DNA from: Trichoplax adhaerens
Taxonomy: Eukaryota; Animalia; Placozoa
DNA length: 64,000 nt
Direction of reading: 5' to 3'
NCBI RefSeq assembly: GCF_000150275.1
Contig: NW_002060943.1
Span: forward strand, 10,014,209-10,078,208
Positions 57,767 through 64,000 of this stretch are shown piece after piece. Position numbers and translations under genes: made by a program. The notes below the pieces were generated by a model, which did no database searches, was not told where the DNA came from, and saw only the letters and a program-made list of their open reading frames with translations. Within the stretch, counting starts at the first letter, position 1; each line of letters starts with the position of its first letter.

Positions 57767-60700
57767 TTAAAAGCTTTTTCTTTCATCATCAGTATTATCA
57801 GGATGCGATTTTTGAGCCATTAAAAATGATTCATCTTCATCTTCGCTATCGGTTCGATTAATTTTGAAGCGACGTAAGCTTTTTGTTCGCGGTTGCCGTT
57901 TAATTAGTAGGAATAAATACAGCACTGATAAGATACTTGCAATAAAAGCACCAAGAAGTGCAAAGAAACCCAGCTTCCATACACTATTAAGGACACGAGT
58001 ACATGCGTAATTAGAACATAATTTTATAATTTTGGATTAGAGTATACCAGATTTATGCTAGATATAACTGTGCATCAAATGTAATTTCCTTAATTATCTG
58101 ACTTAATATTTCCGATTTTGCGGCTTAAAATAGCTTTCTGGCTATACTATTATAAGGCCACGGTAAAAACAAGCATTATTTATTTATACCTGCATTGCAG
58201 CATTCCCGTCACCGTATGACACTGAATTTCAAGGCGATTACAACGCTCACTTTGCTTTATACATTCACCAGTCACTGGATTGCACATGCATGGTAAATCG
58301 CAACTACATTTATTGACACAAAGTCTACCGTAGAAGCCCAATGGACACTCTAAACAAAGAAGTAAACGTATTACAGAAAAGATGTAACTCTCTAATTCGA
58401 GATCTTCAGCTTGACATTACTTTTGATCAGGCATGGAGTACAATCTTAGATATCATATAATCGATGCTAATGCTATGCAATTGTTCACCTCTGTCACAAA
58501 TGCTGCCTGTCCAACCCTGCACACAGGAACAATCTCCAGTAATTGGATCACATTTTGCTCCATTCTGGCATTTACACGTCTGATTGCATCCCAATCCAAA
58601 GCTCATATGAGGACAGGCTAGACAGCATTAAGCAAATATTCAATTTAGTAGGATCGGTAATATAATAGTTATGAATAGTACAGCAATATAAAATACTAAT
58701 AAGAGCGTTGTTGTAATAAGAGAAGCGCTGATCTTGACGATATTAAGTACAAAATTGTACGGGGATTGTCAATGAGATACTTACCTTGTTCACAATATAA
58801 GCCTGTCCATCCTGGGTTACAGTTACAACCATCTAAATAGAGCAAAACAAACTTTAAATTAATATTTAAAATATCTGTAATCACAATAAATTAAATATAA
58901 AATGTGCAATCCTAGCAGTAGTAAACAAAGTAAATCTTGCTCCATTAAGAAATCTTTATCGTGTAAAGAAATGGCGCAAATAAATAGGATAGAATCTTTC
59001 AATCCATATACTGTACACATTTATTCAAAACAAACCTAGAGTACATACACCATTTCCTGAGCAATTATGCAGATGTTTACAGTTAACAGTATCGCAAGCT
59101 TCTCCGATCCATTTATCGTTACAAAGGCATTTGCCGTTTACACATTTGCCATGGTTATTACAGTCTTGAGGTAAGCAATATAAATGGTGAGCGCATATAA
59201 CTGTAGATACTGGTCGAGCACATCGAAAGGCCGGATTTGATGCACTACCAAAATAAATTTAAATCAAGAGCATGGCTACATCAGCTACAATGGGCATTTA
59301 TATCTGATAGTAGTAAGCTAACTTTAAGATATGAATAAAATTACGTTAGACGCTATGGAAGACATTTCTCAAATTTTTTGATATTTACTGTATCATCACG
59401 AAGTACGAGCTACAGTTTTTCGTACAGCTGCAAATATGTACATTTTAAAGAACTGTAAAACTCAAGGGAATTACAAGACTCCGGTGATCAATTATATATA
59501 TTAATCCAAATTTTATAATCCTTACCAGTGGTCAGATGGGTATCCGACTGCGATACCATCTATCGCAGTTGTTGATGATCCTCCACCATCCAAATTGATG
59601 GCATTCACAAATCCGGATTTGATTAGTTTCTTTGCGAAGTCATACAAGTTCAATCTGAAGTGTATAAATAATAAAACCCTTGTAACAGCGAAGTATTTTA
59701 TGTTACGTATATATATATATTTCTATTCATATCCATGAATGTATCCATATCTCAGGGTATGATCTGCTTATTCCTGTTCAAGGAGTATTAACATAATTTT
59801 AAAGATCTACTATACGCGTATTTTACATAGTACATAATCTTATGATTGTAATCTTGGGTGTAGTGAGAAAATAATGTTGAAAAAATGCAATCATTCAGGT
59901 AATAATAAGAACTACGTTCCTTTATAGTGTGATTTTACTTTTAGAATGTTTTATAGCAATCCAAGAAGACAGTACTAAAGCACATTTCAAAAATCTTACT
60001 AAATGTACGTACGCTTTACATTTGCTTATTACAAGGACAACAAGGTTTCAAACTTACCCCCTTGCATTTGTCTGTCCTTCTATTTGCATTAGCATAACAT
60101 TCCCATTTCTATCATGGCCAATAGCGGTCCTAGCTGATTTGACTTCAATAAACTGCTTTAATGTTCCAGTTTCCTCATGCTTATTACTCTCCATTTTCAT
60201 GCTCTCCTTAACATACGATTTTCCATTTCTAACTAACCATATAACACCTATGGAAGGCATATTAATTACCGTAGATGCAACTTAAAATTTGTAGATAAGT
60301 ATTCTGTACTGTACTAATCCACGAATAAATTACAATATTACTGTATTAGTAGGCATGTTTATTTGAAACGCTACTTTACCAGCCTATATTAAGTAATAGA
60401 CCATCCAAAGCCTACGCTATCGTAATTCCGTGTGTTCAACGTACGTGATACTGTACAACATTACTATCTTTATAGATATTATTTATTTAAATGGCTCATT
60501 ATGTACACAGATCTATTGCATAGAATTATTATCACGTATATGTATAGTTTTCATGTTTAATCCTCACCAGAAACTAACTGAACGAATGGATTTTCTTTAT
60601 CAAGAATTTCTTCTTCCGTTAAATAGCCAACAATAATGGATCCGTTTTTACGAATACCAAAATTAACATTCTGAACATTAGTTAGCCTAACCAGTCTGCC

Positions 60701-61192
60701 ATTAGAGATAATGTTACCATAGCATCCTCCAGTTTCCGTATTGAAAAAGCCGGCATTCTCAGCTACATAACAATGAGCTTTTCGAGCGGTATCTGCTACC
60801 GTCGATAATTTGGACATGTTGCAACCCCCTGTGTTTTGTGGCTCAAGCACGGAAATAGTTCTCAACGGATCTTCAACAACTGTCAGTCGGCCGTAAATAT
60901 GTACATTTTCGAAAAAAAAGAAAGAATAAAAATCATCGATGAACTCGTGAACTTTAATCTGTGGTTTAGCAAGATTTGTTTCTGTACGTGTAGATTCAAA
61001 TATATCATGGCCGAAGGAGGATTTATTTTGCAGGGACCGAATGACGTGATGTGAGTGAGTGGGTCCATGATGGCCTTTTTGGTAAGGCCTCAGTATATCC
61101 TGATACCAATGCCCAGTAGAATCCGAACATAATGCGTGATCAATTGCATGCAGCAAGAAGATTAAGTAAAATAATAAACGAATAATTTCCAT
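57767..61192 (-). CDS. NAGPA: N-acetylglucosamine-1-phosphodiester alpha-N-acetylglucosaminidase (uncovering enzyme), type I membrane protein, 8 exons
   Basis: Signal peptide; VEDPLRTISVLEP; AENAGFFN; QLVSGVIWLVRNG; SARTAIGHD; NAINLDGGGSST; EGF-like repeats; TM segment (VWKLGFFALLGAFIASILSVLYLFLLI); acidic tail. Confidence 0.93.
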
Positions 61193-61360
61193 TGCTTCAT
61201 TCTATGCACTTATTGCGACGAAGCATAACATATGGTCGAAGATCTTGCAATGAAAGACTTCCGAAGCTTTTTGATAACTGGCAAACTGATACGAAATTTC
61301 GTCAAGTTAGTTTGTTAAACAGAAAAGCTGTGTAACAGACAGACAGTAACACCGGACAGA

Positions 61361-61602
61361 TGTACTGTACTGTACAGTACATTACGTACTACGTACCGTA
61401 CTGTATGACTTTTAAAACTTCCAATACTGTACAGTATCATTCACGTGTCACTCACGTTCAAGGTGGTACTGTACTGTACAGTACAGTACTGAGTATTCTT
61501 ACTGTACTGTACAGTGTACAGTATACTGTAGTACAAGTTGGGCAAAAAATTTTCAAAAGTCTTTACACATCGTCTAGAGAGAATCTTTGCTATGTACTGT
61601 AC
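61361..61602. promoter_or_regulatory. TACTG/CAGTA array upstream of NAGPA
   Basis: About 170-400 bp 5' of the NAGPA ATG. Confidence 0.65.
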
Positions 61603-62709
61603 ATAACGCGTATGCTATACGCACTTCACAGTGAGCACATATTTTGAAGTGTCAATAACGATCATAATTACAGTATACAGTATATTAATTCGCTAATATG
61701 AAAATACTAGCCCTAATTTATCTTAAACAGCACTTACTCTATTGTGTCATTTTTATCATAATAAGTATAGCAGTCACAAACAGCAATGGTACTACCCATC
61801 CACAGAACATCAGTATTTCACAATTGCGACTTTTATTTAGGGTAAATTTAAATTTTATTTTATACTAGCAATATTACTTCTAGGTACCATGTACGACCTG
61901 AAACCTATACAGTATTAGCTTACAAATAAGGAATTACGAAGATTACTGTATGCACGTAACTCACTAGTAAAAATAAAAACAAAGATATGATCCGGATAAT
62001 TTGTAAGCCTTTCAAACTGAATTACGCGTACATCGTATTTTTAATAGAAAAACTTCGCCGACGATTTGAGATCTTAATTATTGTCATCATCAACAATTAC
62101 TTATTGTACGAAGTTTGCGAAATTGCTTCTACAGTAAAGAAACTTATCATTTAGTGTTGTTTAAAGCAATTAAGTAGAACTATTTTAACCTCGTACATAT
62201 AATAATCTATGGATCTCATGTAATAGACGTCTATTAAATACTGTAACTGTAGGTAAGTACAGGACTTCACTCTATTTCAAAATTAGATGACAAAATTATG
62301 TTGGATTCTGTAAGTATTACATACAGTATATACAACATTGCATAGTACAGTATACTCGAAATACAATGAAAAATTAATAACTACAATATGCACGTGTATT
62401 TGCATTATCCGGACCTAGAGTTCAAGAACTAATAAAAACTTTTAATTATGATTCGTTTATATTATATAATTATTATTACACAGGAATCAGATAGCTTATT
62501 ACTTTACAGAATTAAGTTCTAATATAGTAGAAAGCCATCTCATTTTTGGAACGTCCGATCGCAATACCAAAAATGTAACCTGTCCTTCGTTCATGGATTG
62601 GGACTACATTATTACAGATGATATTTGTAACCTAACTCGATAGAAATTAATACAATAGTATCAAATTTATAATTAATACATTATTATCACAACAGGAATA
62701 GCAGGCATC

Positions 62710-64000
62710 TCAACGGCGATATCTGTATCGCCTAAAATGGAACCATAACTGAAAAATATTTTTATGAAATTGGCTACGAAATCCTTTCTTATGGCTATAT
62801 TCCCATTCACGATTAACAATTTTAAATGCAATATCTTCATACGGCGGACCGGCATGAAATCTCAGGATAACAAAATCCTTTGAATCAGAACATGGCTCGA
62901 GATAGTATTGCGGCGTTTGAATTTTATCAATAAGATCAGGATAAAATATATTAAACTTATATCCCTGAACAATTTTAGGCGGTGGATTATCTGTATCATA
63001 ATGTGTTTGATTATATTTATTCCATTCGTAGCCAGTATGAACACGATTGAAGAACCTGGGCTTACGCGGTCTGTATTTATCTTGCCATTGATAAATCTGT
63101 TCTTTAAGATTAACATCAACGTTAAAATCTTCTTCTCCATCTTCCTGTCCTTTCTTAGCTTCCTTAAGAAAATTTCTTTCTCCTGCATTAATTTCTGGAT
63201 TACCACCGCTTAACCATGGTACAATTCCCCTTTGCCTTTTTATTACATTACGAGCTTTTTCTAACATTTCGTTATCCTCCGTAGAATCGATAATATCATA
63301 TTTGTTCCTAGAGAAATCACTTAAAGGCATCAATTTCGGACTATAGTTTCCCTATATCAACAAGATGCAAGAACAAATTTACTCTATTAATACAAGAAGA
63401 GCCATCAATATATAATTATGAACGCGTTAATAGCAGTTGTAAATTAAAGTATCAGCATAAAATTTAACCTCTTGGTATAAGCTATAACATGTATTTCTGA
63501 GTGCCTCGCTACTATCAGGTTTATCATCATCATTATCAGCATCAGGTGATCTGGATTGTGCATCATTTTCGTCATCGGCGTATTCGACAGGAAATAGTGG
63601 CTCTCCTTCAGTTTTCGTTGCAACACTTTCTAAAATTAGTTGATCTTGTTGCTTTTCCTTAAGATAATTAAGTTTTTCCCTCAACCTTTCTTGGTGTTTC
63701 GCTTTTAAGCGAGCTCTAGCCGTAAATATTTTTAATTTCTTAAGCAATGATTCCCAATAGGCAATATCTAGTGTTTCTCCACTATTAATCTTACTCTCGA
63801 TCTGTCTTTGCAACTCTAATAACTGCATGAAGCTCTTCCCTTTGAATATAGTTGAAACCTCATCTTTCACTGATTCATTGATTCCCTCGCGTCGTTGTCC
63901 AGCTTTATTACCACCTGGTTCCAATTTAGATAACCTTTCTAGCTCTGATTTGGCTAAAACTTTTATATCCTCCCAAAATTCTCCGTTCCTTCCTTGCTCT
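62710..64000 (-). CDS. CACTIN: Cactin, 3' part (last two exons ~63468->64000 and 62710-~63352)
   Basis: DIAYWESLL; WQDKYRPRKPRFFNRVHTGYEWNKYNQTHYDTDNPPPKIVQGYKFNIFYPDLID…AGPPYEDIAFKIV…FQLWFHFRRYRYRR*. Confidence 0.97.

Noticed and set aside
62862-63213. Overlapping or antisense ORFs over Cactin (similarly 1882, 7169, 27402, 50297, 55456, 59929, 60836)
   Set aside because: Shadow frames of real exons, with no independent homology or splice support.

Overview
This is AT-rich, gene-dense, intron-rich animal DNA, not prokaryotic. The short introns, conserved metazoan gene set and abundant ACAGT/TACTG pentamer arrays suggest a placozoan (Trichoplax-like) genome; that assignment is inference. Manual splicing gives 16 genes: an uncharacterised coiled-coil protein with a TSGA13-like C-terminus (-), CCDC77 (-), IQSEC/BRAG Arf-GEF (+), SENP8 (-), EIF6 (+), CFAP418/C8orf37 (-), NDUFAF6 (+), CDO1 (-), HSBP1 (+), DHODH (-), PSMA5 (-), PFDN4 (+), TANGO6 (-), RPL13 (+), NAGPA (-) and partial Cactin (-). 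A possible last exon lies at the left edge. Twelve genes form six head-to-head pairs. All nine promoter regions in the window carry a self-complementary (CAGTA)n/(TACTG)n array, several accompanied by a recurrent CATGGACTACTA hairpin motif. Splicing highlights are a minor-spliceosome (U12) AT-AC intron in HSBP1, a candidate U12 intron with rare AT-AA ends in PFDN4, a GC-AG intron in CDO1 and two 24-nt microexons. Several intronic fold-backs occur, the largest with 92-bp arms differing almost only by transitions. All coordinates were read by eye; a ~ marks approximate boundaries.
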